A DNA stretch of 35,244 nt from Bacteroidales bacterium UBA6267 (lineage in GTDB: Bacteria; Bacteroidota; Bacteroidia; Bacteroidales; UBA1556). The notes beneath the pieces were generated by a model that had not been told where the DNA came from, did no database searches, and saw only the letters and a list, made by a program, of their open reading frames with translations. Within the stretch, counting starts at the first letter, position 1, and each line of letters starts with the position of its first letter. Shown in pieces: positions 28,452 through 35,244 of the stretch. The position numbers were made by a program, and so were the translations under genes. The stretch is taken from the NCBI GenBank assembly GCA_002440745.1, contig DJVB01000018.1:1-35244 (forward strand), given 5' to 3'.

Positions 28452-29321
28452 TTAGTTTAAAAGTTCCAGCATTTTAGAGCCCAATTGCGCAGGTGAATCC
28501 ACCACATGAACTCCGCAAGCCCTTAGAATTTCCTTTTTAGCTTCGGCAGTATCAGCTGTTCCCCCAACGATAGCGCCGGCATGTCCCATTGTGCGTCCTT
28601 TTGGAGCTGTAGCACCGGCTATAAAACTCACTACCGGTTTTGTTCCAAAATCGCGGATATATTCAGCAGCTTCGGCTTCCATACCGCCGCCAATTTCGCC
28701 AATCATAACAATTCCTTCTGTTTCAGGATCATTCATTAGCAGTTCGACAGCCTCTTTTGTGGTTGTACCAATGATAGGATCGCCACCAATACCGATTGCA
28801 GTAGTTTGACCTAATCCGGCTTTAGTAAGTTGATCAACTGCTTCATACGTCAAAGTGCCTGAGCGTGAAACTATTCCTACGCGGCCTTTTTGATGAATAA
28901 AACCGGGCATAATACCGCATTTAGCTTCTCCGGGAGTTATCACACCAGGGCAATTTGGACCAACCAAACGGGAGTCTTTGCCCTTTAAATACTCTTTAAC
29001 ACGAACCATGTCGGCTGTGGGGATGCCTTCAGTAATGCAAATAATCACTTTTATTCCGGCTTGTGCGGCCTCCATAATGGCATCGGCTGCAAATGGTGGC
29101 GGTACAAAAATCACCGAAGTGTCGGCTTTTGCGTCTCTCACTGCATCGGCTACGGTATCGAAAACCGGTAAACCAAGATGCTCTGTTCCACCTTTTCCCG
29201 GCGTAACTCCGCCAACAACAGGAGTTCCATAGTCGATCATCTGACCTGCATGAAATGTTCCTTCTTTCCCCGTGAAACCTTGCACGATTATTTTAGAATC
29301 TTTGTTTACTAATACGCTCAT
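28452..29321 (-). CDS. sucD: Succinate--CoA ligase [ADP-forming] subunit alpha
   Basis: [15 protein letters not shown]...[34 protein letters not shown]...GIGGDP carries the catalytic His region MGHAGAIV. Confidence 0.92.
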   Translation of the reverse strand: MSVLVNKDSKIIVQGFTGKEGTFHAGQMIDYGTPVVGGVTPGKGGTEHLGLPVFDTVADAVRDAKADTSVIFVPPPFAADAIMEAAQAGIKVIICITEGIPTADMVRVKEYLKGKDSRLVGPNCPGVITPGEAKCGIMPGFIHQKGRVGIVSRSGTLTYEAVDQLTKAGLGQTTAIGIGGDPIIGTTTKEAVELLMNDPETEGIVMIGEIGGGMEAEAAEYIRDFGTKPVVSFIAGATAPKGRTMGHAGAIVGGTADTAEAKKEILRACGVHVVDSPAQLGSKMLELLN

Positions 29322-29353
29322 AATGTTTATTGGTTTAGTTTTGAATAGGGCTC

Positions 29354-29361
29354 CAAATTTA
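29354..29361 (-). promoter_or_regulatory. Candidate -7 box for sucD (plus-strand CAAATTTA, which is TAAATTTG on the minus strand), 33 nt upstream of the sucD start
   Basis: It matches TAnnTTTG on the minus strand. Confidence 0.35.
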
Positions 29362-29514
29362 CAACTTATCCCCTAACTTCTAAGATTAATTATTCCCATT
29401 TTACAACATTTTGTTTGGCCCCATGTTGTTCTTTCCTAAAGCGTAATTTTGACAGATTTGAAACCACTGATATTTAAATATTTAATTAGTTTAAAGTGAA
29501 TTCCGGATCGAGTT

Positions 29515-30330
29515 CTATTCGAAAAAATCAGAATACGAAGCATTATTCTCAAAATAGGACAAAGGAGTTAATCCGGTTAGTTTTTTAAAATCGTTGGTAA
29601 AATGAGCTTGATCGTAATAACCACAATCAAAGACTAAATCGTTGATATTATAGTCTTTATTGCAACTTTTTAAATAAATAGCAAGTTGCATTCTAATCGT
29701 TTTTAAGTACTGTTTTGGAGTTGTGCCAATTAAATGAACGAATTTTCGCTCAAATTGCTTTCTACTCAGGCAAGATATGTTAGCCAAATCATCAATCGCA
29801 ATTTTTCCTTGCGTCATTTTTATTGCATTGACTACCTGATTCATCCTTCGAAAATCAAACCTATTATGCTCTTCTTTCAGTAAATCAATCAGATAGCTCT
29901 CAATTATTCGTATTTTGGTATTAAACAGTGGAGCATCAATAATTCGCATTTTGAGTTCATACTCCAAATTTCTATCTATTTCCCTTAATGATACACTTTT
30001 ATTATCAAGCTGATTGATTGGCAGCTTAAAAAAAGCCATTAAGCCTTGGGGTTGAAATACAATGGAAAACACAGTTAAACTTTGGTCGATTTGCAAATCA
30101 TAAAATCTATTTCGTTGTCCACTAAGTAAAAAATCATCCTCAAAATCTGCCATATCCCCAAGAATCTTAGGTCTTTTTCCTAAATACAAAGTCAATTCAG
30201 GCAAGCCGCAGGGAATAATCCGTTGTTTATAAGTTTCACCGTCGTCCAAAGCATTCTCGATATACCAATAATGTTTGATATAAGGTTGTAAGATTTGAGA
30301 TGGCTTGGCGATTTCCAAAATCATTTCCAA
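29515..30330 (-). CDS. AraC-family transcriptional regulator
   Basis: A C-terminal double-HTH carries IAIDDLANISCLSRKQFERKFVHLIGTTPKQYLKTIRMQLA...LTGLTPLSYF. Confidence 0.82.
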   Translation of the reverse strand: MEMILEIAKPSQILQPYIKHYWYIENALDDGETYKQRIIPCGLPELTLYLGKRPKILGDMADFEDDFLLSGQRNRFYDLQIDQSLTVFSIVFQPQGLMAFFKLPINQLDNKSVSLREIDRNLEYELKMRIIDAPLFNTKIRIIESYLIDLLKEEHNRFDFRRMNQVVNAIKMTQGKIAIDDLANISCLSRKQFERKFVHLIGTTPKQYLKTIRMQLAIYLKSCNKDYNINDLVFDCGYYDQAHFTNDFKKLTGLTPLSYFENNASYSDFFE

Positions 30331-30345
30331 TGTTTTAAGAAGAAA

Positions 30346-30372
30346 AGGGTTGCAAAATTACAACCCTTTTTT
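30346..30372. terminator. Bidirectional terminator between the AraC and VOC genes
   Basis: aaaa gggttg caaaatta caaccc tttttt. Confidence 0.6.
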
Positions 30373-30379
30373 CAATGAA

Positions 30380-30736
30380 TTAATTACCGTAAAGACCAAT
30401 TTTATTTCCCTCAGAATCGAGGCAAATAGCAAAATAGGCACGACCTTCTGCTTCGATTTTTGTTTTCGGGCGAATCAATTTACCACCATTGATTTCAATT
30501 CTTTTCATAGTTTCGTCAATGTTGTCGGGAGTGTTAAAACTCACTAAAACACCATTTTCAGAAGGATTAAAGTTGGGAGCGTAACTAATTGCACCTTCAT
30601 CATTAGGAAGAAAGGCCATTTTTTCACTACCAAAATCCATTTTTGTTAAATTTAAATGAAAGGCCGAATTATAAAAACTTACAGCCCTGTCGAAATCTGT
30701 TGCGGGTATTTCAACCCATGAAATTAACTTTTGCAT
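30380..30736 (-). CDS. VOC (glyoxalase/bleomycin-resistance/dioxygenase) family protein
   Basis: A 118-aa protein starts ISWVEIPATDFDRAVSFY and has a second half-motif GGKLIRP......GRAYFAICLDSEGNKIGL. Confidence 0.7.
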   Translation of the reverse strand: MQKLISWVEIPATDFDRAVSFYNSAFHLNLTKMDFGSEKMAFLPNDEGAISYAPNFNPSENGVLVSFNTPDNIDETMKRIEINGGKLIRPKTKIEAEGRAYFAICLDSEGNKIGLYGN

Positions 30737-30946
30737 TCTTGAAAATTTAGAAATTAAACACTAAAAACATCGCGGCAAAAATATTTCAGCAATTTTTCAT
30801 ACCATTGGAAAAAAGCGACATGTTTTGAGGTGTTTAGAACGAGTAAGAAAGTTTATACCTAATTAAGATAACATTGTTTTTAAAGTTTAATGTCAGTATG
30901 TTATGATTGATTATTATAAGTTTTATAAAAGAATTATAGAGTTGAG

Positions 30947-32479
30947 CTAATTAAGATGAGAATTATTGTAATAGATTCCGGCCTCAGGACCTAAGGGTAA
31001 TCCAAGAATTATCCACAGGATAAGAAGTAAACTCCAAACAATAAAAAACACAAATGAATAAGGAAACATAGTGGCTATTAAAGTACCAATGCCGGATTTA
31101 GAATCATATTTTTGATAGTAAACGATAATTAATGCGAAAAAGCTCATCATTGGTGAAATAACATTAGTAATACTATCTCCAATTCTAAATACTGCCTGTG
31201 ACAATTCAGGGGAATATCCTAGCAACATAAACATGGGAATAAAAACAGGTCCCATTATAGCCCATTTTGCAGAGGCGCTCCCCATAAAAAGATTAATAAA
31301 CCCTGAAAAAATGATAAACAAAATAACAAGAGGAATCAGACCAATATCGATAGATTGAAGGATATGAGCACCTTTAATTGCTAAAATCAATCCCAGGTTA
31401 CTCCATTTAAACCAAGCAACAAACTGTGCAGCAAAAAAGACCAAAACTAAAAAGGAAATCAATCCTTTAAAACTAGTGTTCATACCGTTGATAACATCGT
31501 CATGTTTTTTAAAGGAACCGGCAATATAACCATATAAAACGCCTGCAGAGGCAGCAACAATGAAAAGCACTGAAATAAAACCCTTTAACAATGGAGAATG
31601 CAGAATAGAATTATCATCTCCCCGTAAAAAACCTTGATTAGGAATTATTCCCACAAGAAAAATTGTTGTCCATATAGCAAACAAAAACAAAACCCATTTC
31701 AAGCCTTTTTTTTCTTTGGGCAAAAGGCGTGAAATTGGCTCTACCTCAACATCTCCCGTATATTTCCCTAATCGGGGTTCAACCCATACATGAGTAATCC
31801 ATGTTCCGGCAATGGTAATCAGAAATGTTGATACAGCCATGAAATAATAATTACCAGTTGGCATCACATAATATTCTGAATCAATGATATGAGCCGCTTC
31901 AGTTGACAGTCCGGCAAGCAAAGGGTCTATTGTGCCAATAAACAAATTAGCACTAAAACCTCCACTAACACCAGCAAATGCCGCTGACATACCGGCCACA
32001 GGATGACGACCTAACGTATGAAATATAACTCCCGCCAAAGGGATAATTAAAATATAGCCAAGGTCGGAAGCAATGTTGGAAAGAATTCCGGCAAGGACTA
32101 TAATAAATGTGGTAGATTTTTTTGGAGCTCTTAATAGAAGCGCATTGATAGCGGCTTTTATCAAACCACTGCTCTCTGCTACACCAATACCCAGCATAGC
32201 CACCATCACAATACCAAGTGGAGCAAAACCGGTATAATTATCTACTAAATCAAGTAATATACGATGCAACCCATTGACTGACAGTAAATTCTCAACAGAA
32301 ACAATCTCTCCATTAGCAGGATTAACACCATGCCAACCTAATAAATGCCCGAAAAAGGATAAAACTAAGGTGAACAGGGCAAATAATCCAAACAAAGCAG
32401 CAGGGTGTGGCAGTGCATTTCCACCTCTTTCTACTAAACTAATAAATCTATCAATAAGCTTGTTGATTTTCATTTGCAT
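30947..32479 (-). CDS. abgT: AbgT-family transporter (p-aminobenzoyl-glutamate/antimetabolite transporter family)
   Basis: A 510-aa polytopic membrane protein whose N-terminus ERGGNALPHPAALFGLFALFTLVLS is typical of AbgT/MtrF. Confidence 0.75.
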   Translation of the reverse strand: MQMKINKLIDRFISLVERGGNALPHPAALFGLFALFTLVLSFFGHLLGWHGVNPANGEIVSVENLLSVNGLHRILLDLVDNYTGFAPLGIVMVAMLGIGVAESSGLIKAAINALLLRAPKKSTTFIIVLAGILSNIASDLGYILIIPLAGVIFHTLGRHPVAGMSAAFAGVSGGFSANLFIGTIDPLLAGLSTEAAHIIDSEYYVMPTGNYYFMAVSTFLITIAGTWITHVWVEPRLGKYTGDVEVEPISRLLPKEKKGLKWVLFLFAIWTTIFLVGIIPNQGFLRGDDNSILHSPLLKGFISVLFIVAASAGVLYGYIAGSFKKHDDVINGMNTSFKGLISFLVLVFFAAQFVAWFKWSNLGLILAIKGAHILQSIDIGLIPLVILFIIFSGFINLFMGSASAKWAIMGPVFIPMFMLLGYSPELSQAVFRIGDSITNVISPMMSFFALIIVYYQKYDSKSGIGTLIATMFPYSFVFFIVWSLLLILWIILGLPLGPEAGIYYNNSHLN

Positions 32480-32980
32480 AATATTTAATTTTGGTAAAGG
32501 AATGTCCTCACCTATTTCTTAAACTCTACTCTAATAATATTTTAAAACAGACTTTAATAAATCCCTAAATTCTCTATAAAACTATTATATTAAACTGATA
32601 ATTATACTTAGTTTTATTAAGAGTAGCCCCATCTAAAGCCTTTCATTTCTGTACTTTAAACATTAAACTTATAGGTGTATAACCTTCGTTATAAAATATC
32701 CATTTTAGGGTGAACATTTATTCTAAATTAATTTATCGCCTACAATGTTAGTTCGAAGAAGCTAACCTTATTAGGCTTTATAAATCACAAGAAACAAGTT
32801 TATGAAAAAAGCATTACCAAAGAGCGTGTGAAAACGGGTGCATTTATGCGGCCAAAAATATAAAAATTCATCTTGAATTGGATGAAATTTTGGGTTTTTT
32901 ATCCAATATTCAAAAAAAGCACTTTGATAGAAAGAAACTTTTAAATAGAGGTAAGATAATAAGTCTTAAATTAGAGAGTA

Positions 32981-33448
32981 TTAGTCATAATCAATCCAAT
33001 CAAACAGATAACGTTCATCGTATTCGACTTCGAATTTCTTTAAAAACTCCAAATATTCCTCTTTAAAGGTTTTCTTTTTGTGGTGTTTTTGCTGATTTAA
33101 TATGTATTTCACAACATTGTCGATATGCGATCGGGAATAAGAAAACACACCATATCCACGTTGCCATTCAAACTTACCTCCTACCCAGCCGTTTTCATTA
33201 ATGAACTTTGAAGAAATTGATTTCACTTGCTCCATAAAATCCGCAATTGACATAGTGGTGCCAAAACCTACAAACAGATGTAGATGGTCGGGCATATTGT
33301 TGATTGCCAGCATTTTTTGTTTTCTGTTTTGAACAATTCCTGTAATATATTTTTGCAATTCTTCGTTGTGTATGGGATTTAATAGGCTCTGACGTCCTTT
33401 TACTGTAATGACGAATTGCAAATAAACCTGACTATATGTGTTTGCCAT
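32981..33448 (-). mobile_element. tnpA: IS200/IS605-family HUH (Y1) transposase TnpA, REP-associated (RAYT-like)
   Basis: The HUH motif is HLHLFV and the catalytic-Tyr region is WQRGYGVFSY. The C-terminus VVKYILNQQKHH is characteristic of IS200 TnpA. The protein is 155 aa. The REP-like palindromes immediately 5' suggest the RAYT subclass. Confidence 0.7.
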
Positions 33449-33489
33449 AATTTTATATTTTAAATGTTAATTAAATCGTTTCAATAATT

Positions 33490-33593
33490 GGTCACCGCTA
33501 CGCGGCTTCTTTTCTACAAATAGGTCACCGCTACGCGGCTTTTGGACTTGGTACTGTTTGTCTATCTACAAATAGGTCACCGCTACGCGGCTT
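33490..33593 (+). repeat. Three copies of REP-like palindromic element variant A (ggtcaccgctacgcggctt) at 33490, 33523 and 33575
   Basis: Exact 19-mer repeats contain the hairpin ccgc-tac-gcgg. Copies 2 and 3 are preceded by the identical ctacaaata. Confidence 0.8.
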
Positions 33594-33645
33594 GACTTAT
33601 TTTTTATTTATGGAATTTACATGCAATCAAAGATTAGCCGCATAG

Positions 33646-33925
33646 CGGCGACCTCTTTGTAAGCCAACAATCCACAGAACGCCACCAAGCCGCATAGCGG
33701 CGACCTCTTTGTACATCCACAATCAATGAACGCCCTCAAGCCGCATAGCGGCGACCTCCTTGTACATCCACAATCAATGAACGCCCTCACAAGCCGCATA
33801 GCGGCGACCTCTTTGTACATCCACAATCAATGAACGCCCTCAAGCCGCATAGCGGCGACCTCTTTGTAAGCCAATAATCCACAGAACGCCACCAAGCCGC
33901 ATAGCGGCGACCTCTTTGTTCAAAA
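33646..33925 (-). repeat. Six-copy tandem array (period about 51 bp) of REP-like variant B (aagccgcatagcggcgacc, the reverse complement of variant A with two substitutions) with patterned inter-repeat segments
   Basis: Copies start at 33646, 33687, 33738, 33791, 33842 and 33894. The hairpin is gccgc-ata-gcggc. The inter-repeat segments follow the order A-B-B'-B-A'. This is not CRISPR (see rejected items). Confidence 0.8.
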
Positions 33926-34079
33926 CCGTAATCAAAGCACGCTACCAGGCCACCTTCAAAAATAAACAATTTCTTAAGATATGCAACTTTATATCAAAAA
34001 AAATCAAATTTCCATTTAATATGGTCTTCTTCTTGGGAAATCTATTTCGTGATCATCTTTTTCTTTCCAAAGCAAAAAC

Positions 34080-34110
34080 AAAAAAAAGCCCCCGTTTCCG
34101 GAGGCTTAGT
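34080..34110 (-). terminator. Rho-independent terminator of the T9SS cargo gene, read on the minus strand
   Basis: Plus strand aaaaaaaa gcccccg tttc cggaggc. On the minus strand the hairpin is followed by T8. Confidence 0.55.
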
Positions 34111-34118
34111 CTATTTGG

Positions 34119-35244
34119 TTATTGAATCACAATCTTTCGATGTTGTATAAATCCTTGGGAGTCATTAAGCTGAAGGTGGTAAACTCCTTTTGCTAAGGGC
34201 TCAATATGAATTTGCTTCGATATTCTTACAGAATTTCCAAGTTTTTCGACCAAAACTAAGGCTCCTCGACTATCATAGATTTTTAATTCTAATGGATTGC
34301 TGTTCAATTGTTTGATTTCTATCACAAAATATCCATTATTTGGATTTGGATAAAGCTGTAACTCCACCCCTTCTTTGTTGATTTCTATCTTATCGTAATA
34401 GTAATTAAACATAAGTGAAGTATCTGATTTGCAACCATTTTCAATAACTAAAACTTGATAGCCTCCATTTCCGGGCGGATGCAATATTTGCGAATTAACC
34501 GGCACATAAAAACCATTCATAAACCACTCGTAGGAGGTTCCTGAAACCGAAGATTGCAAAGTAACTGAATCAAGTTGAATTACAACTGGTGTTGGTGGGA
34601 TTGGATAAATTGTCATCACTATCGCATCGCTCACCGCTGAATCAGGTTGAGCGCAAGATTCAGAACTCTGCATCACTACCCAAACCGAATCGTTGTTTTG
34701 CAAGCTGCTCGTGGTGAAAATGCTGCTATTCGTTCCCACTGCATTGCCGTTGAGCTTCCAGGAATAAACCGGAGTCGAACCGCCATTTATCGCTGTAGCT
34801 GTGAATGTTACAGAACTTCCCGCGCAAATTGTGGTGTCTGTTGCTGAAATGGAAACCGAAGGAACAAGAGCCGAATTAACCGAAATCACAATCGCATCGC
34901 TCAACGCTGAATCTGGTTGAGCGCAAGATTCAGAACTCTGCATCACTACCCAAACCGAATCGTTGTTTTGCAAGCTGCTCGTGGTGAAAATGCTGCTATT
35001 CGTTCCCACTGCATTGCCGTTGAGCTTCCAGGAATAAACCGGAGTCAAACCGCCATTAGTTGCTGTAGCTGTGAATGTTACAGGACTTCCCGCGCAAATT
35101 GTGGTGTCTGTTTCCGAAATGGAAACCGAAGGCATAAGTGCCAAATTAACCGAAATCACAATCGCATCGCTCACCGCTGAATCAGGTTGAGCGCAGGTTT
35201 CGGAACTCTGCATCACTACCCAAACCGAATCGTTGTTTTGCAAG
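34119..35244 (-). CDS. T9SS-secreted repeat protein: tandem ~90-aa Ig-like repeats plus a Por/T9SS C-terminal sorting domain; N-terminus lies outside the window
   Basis: The C-terminal ~80 aa VELQLYPNPNNGYFVIEIK....LELKIYDSRGALVLVEKL....ISKQIHIEPLAKGVYHLQLNDSQGFIQHRKIVIQ matches the T9SS CTD pattern. Upstream there are at least three near-identical 90-aa repeats (SVWVVMQSSESCAQPDSA.SDAIVISVN.AL.PSVSIS.TDTTICAGS.VTFTATA.NGG.TPVYSWKLNGNAVGTNSSIFTTSSLQNND). The ORF stays open to the window edge. Confidence 0.8.
   Translation of the reverse strand, partial: LQNNDSVWVVMQSSETCAQPDSAVSDAIVISVNLALMPSVSISETDTTICAGSPVTFTATATNGGLTPVYSWKLNGNAVGTNSSIFTTSSLQNNDSVWVVMQSSESCAQPDSALSDAIVISVNSALVPSVSISATDTTICAGSSVTFTATAINGGSTPVYSWKLNGNAVGTNSSIFTTSSLQNNDSVWVVMQSSESCAQPDSAVSDAIVMTIYPIPPTPVVIQLDSVTLQSSVSGTSYEWFMNGFYVPVNSQILHPPGNGGYQVLVIENGCKSDTSLMFNYYYDKIEINKEGVELQLYPNPNNGYFVIEIKQLNSNPLELKIYDSRGALVLVEKLGNSVRISKQIHIEPLAKGVYHLQLNDSQGFIQHRKIVIQ
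34600..35244. repeat. Near-identical 270-bp tandem DNA repeats inside the T9SS cargo gene (at least 2.4 copies in the window)
   Basis: atcgcatcgctca(c/a)cgctgaatc(a/t)ggttgagcgcaagattcagaactctgcatcactacccaaaccgaatcgttgttttgcaag recurs at about 34621, 34891 and 35161. Confidence 0.85.

Noticed and set aside
32878-33066. ORF 32878..33066(+), 62 aa.
   Set aside because: It overlaps the 3' end of tnpA in antisense and is AT-rich and low-complexity. There is no supporting signal.
33646-33925. Possible CRISPR array: regular ~28-bp repeats separated by ~23-bp segments.
   Set aside because: The inter-repeat segments are not unique. One type recurs three times and another twice, and the two types are related to each other. 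The segments are too short for typical spacers. No cas genes are present in the window. The repeat is a GC hairpin identical, in reverse complement with two changes, to three further copies at 33490-33593 beside an IS200/RAYT-type tnpA. The array is therefore a REP/BIME-like array.
33617-33969. ORFs 33617..33826(-) and 33787..33969(-), encoding CGLRAFIDCGCTKRSPLCGL... repeats.
   Set aside because: They are translation artefacts of the REP tandem array: periodic hairpin DNA with no stops by chance and an internally repetitive peptide. They are not genes.
34647-35180. Plus-strand ORFs 34647..34847 and 34917..35180, encoding MSARFRTLHHYPNRIVVLQAARGENAAIR... twice.
   Set aside because: They are antisense to the T9SS cargo gene and duplicated only because they lie inside the 270-bp tandem repeats. 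The minus-strand frame has a clear domain structure and a T9SS CTD.
34600-35244. Diversity-generating retroelement (template/variable repeat) interpretation of the near-identical 270-bp repeats.
   Set aside because: No reverse transcriptase or accessory gene is nearby. The differences between copies are not adenine-specific substitutions. All copies are in-frame modules of one protein.

Overview
This window looks like a chromosomal segment from a member of Bacteroidota. It is AT-rich, carries TAnnTTTG-type -7 promoter boxes, a T9SS C-terminal sorting domain, SPOR domains, and gyrA followed by a TPR gene. Most of the window is core or housekeeping coding sequence on both strands. In order, it holds: (i) a giant coiled-coil protein with three C-terminal SPOR domains, truncated at its 5' end; (ii) an MdaB-like quinone reductase; (iii) an aromatic-amino-acid-hydroxylase (PAH-like) catalytic domain fused to a C-terminal extension of about 270 aa, translationally coupled to an SDR reductase; (iv) a redox-stress module of oxyR divergent from dps followed by a 1-Cys peroxiredoxin; (v) an NfeD-flotillin operon; (vi) gyrA followed by a TPR gene, then divergent clpC-miaA; (vii) a lone ptb-like phosphate acyltransferase beside a probable truncated IS1595-like zinc-ribbon ORF; (viii) tandem thioredoxin genes, a radical-SAM protein and rlmD; (ix) a hybrid sensor kinase, sucD, an AraC regulator and a VOC enzyme, and an AbgT transporter; (x) an IS200/IS605-family HUH transposase (RAYT-like) next to a dense array of short palindromic REP-like repeats; (xi) a T9SS cargo protein with near-identical 270-bp tandem repeats that runs off the 3' edge of the window. 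I found no toxin, restriction, Cas or other obvious defence genes. The most unusual signals are the REP/RAYT array with higher-order structure, the PAH-extension plus coupled SDR, a diverged ~100-bp tandem duplication with mini-ORFs isolated between two terminators, and the giant coiled-coil SPOR protein. All functional assignments come from motif recognition by eye. No database search was run.
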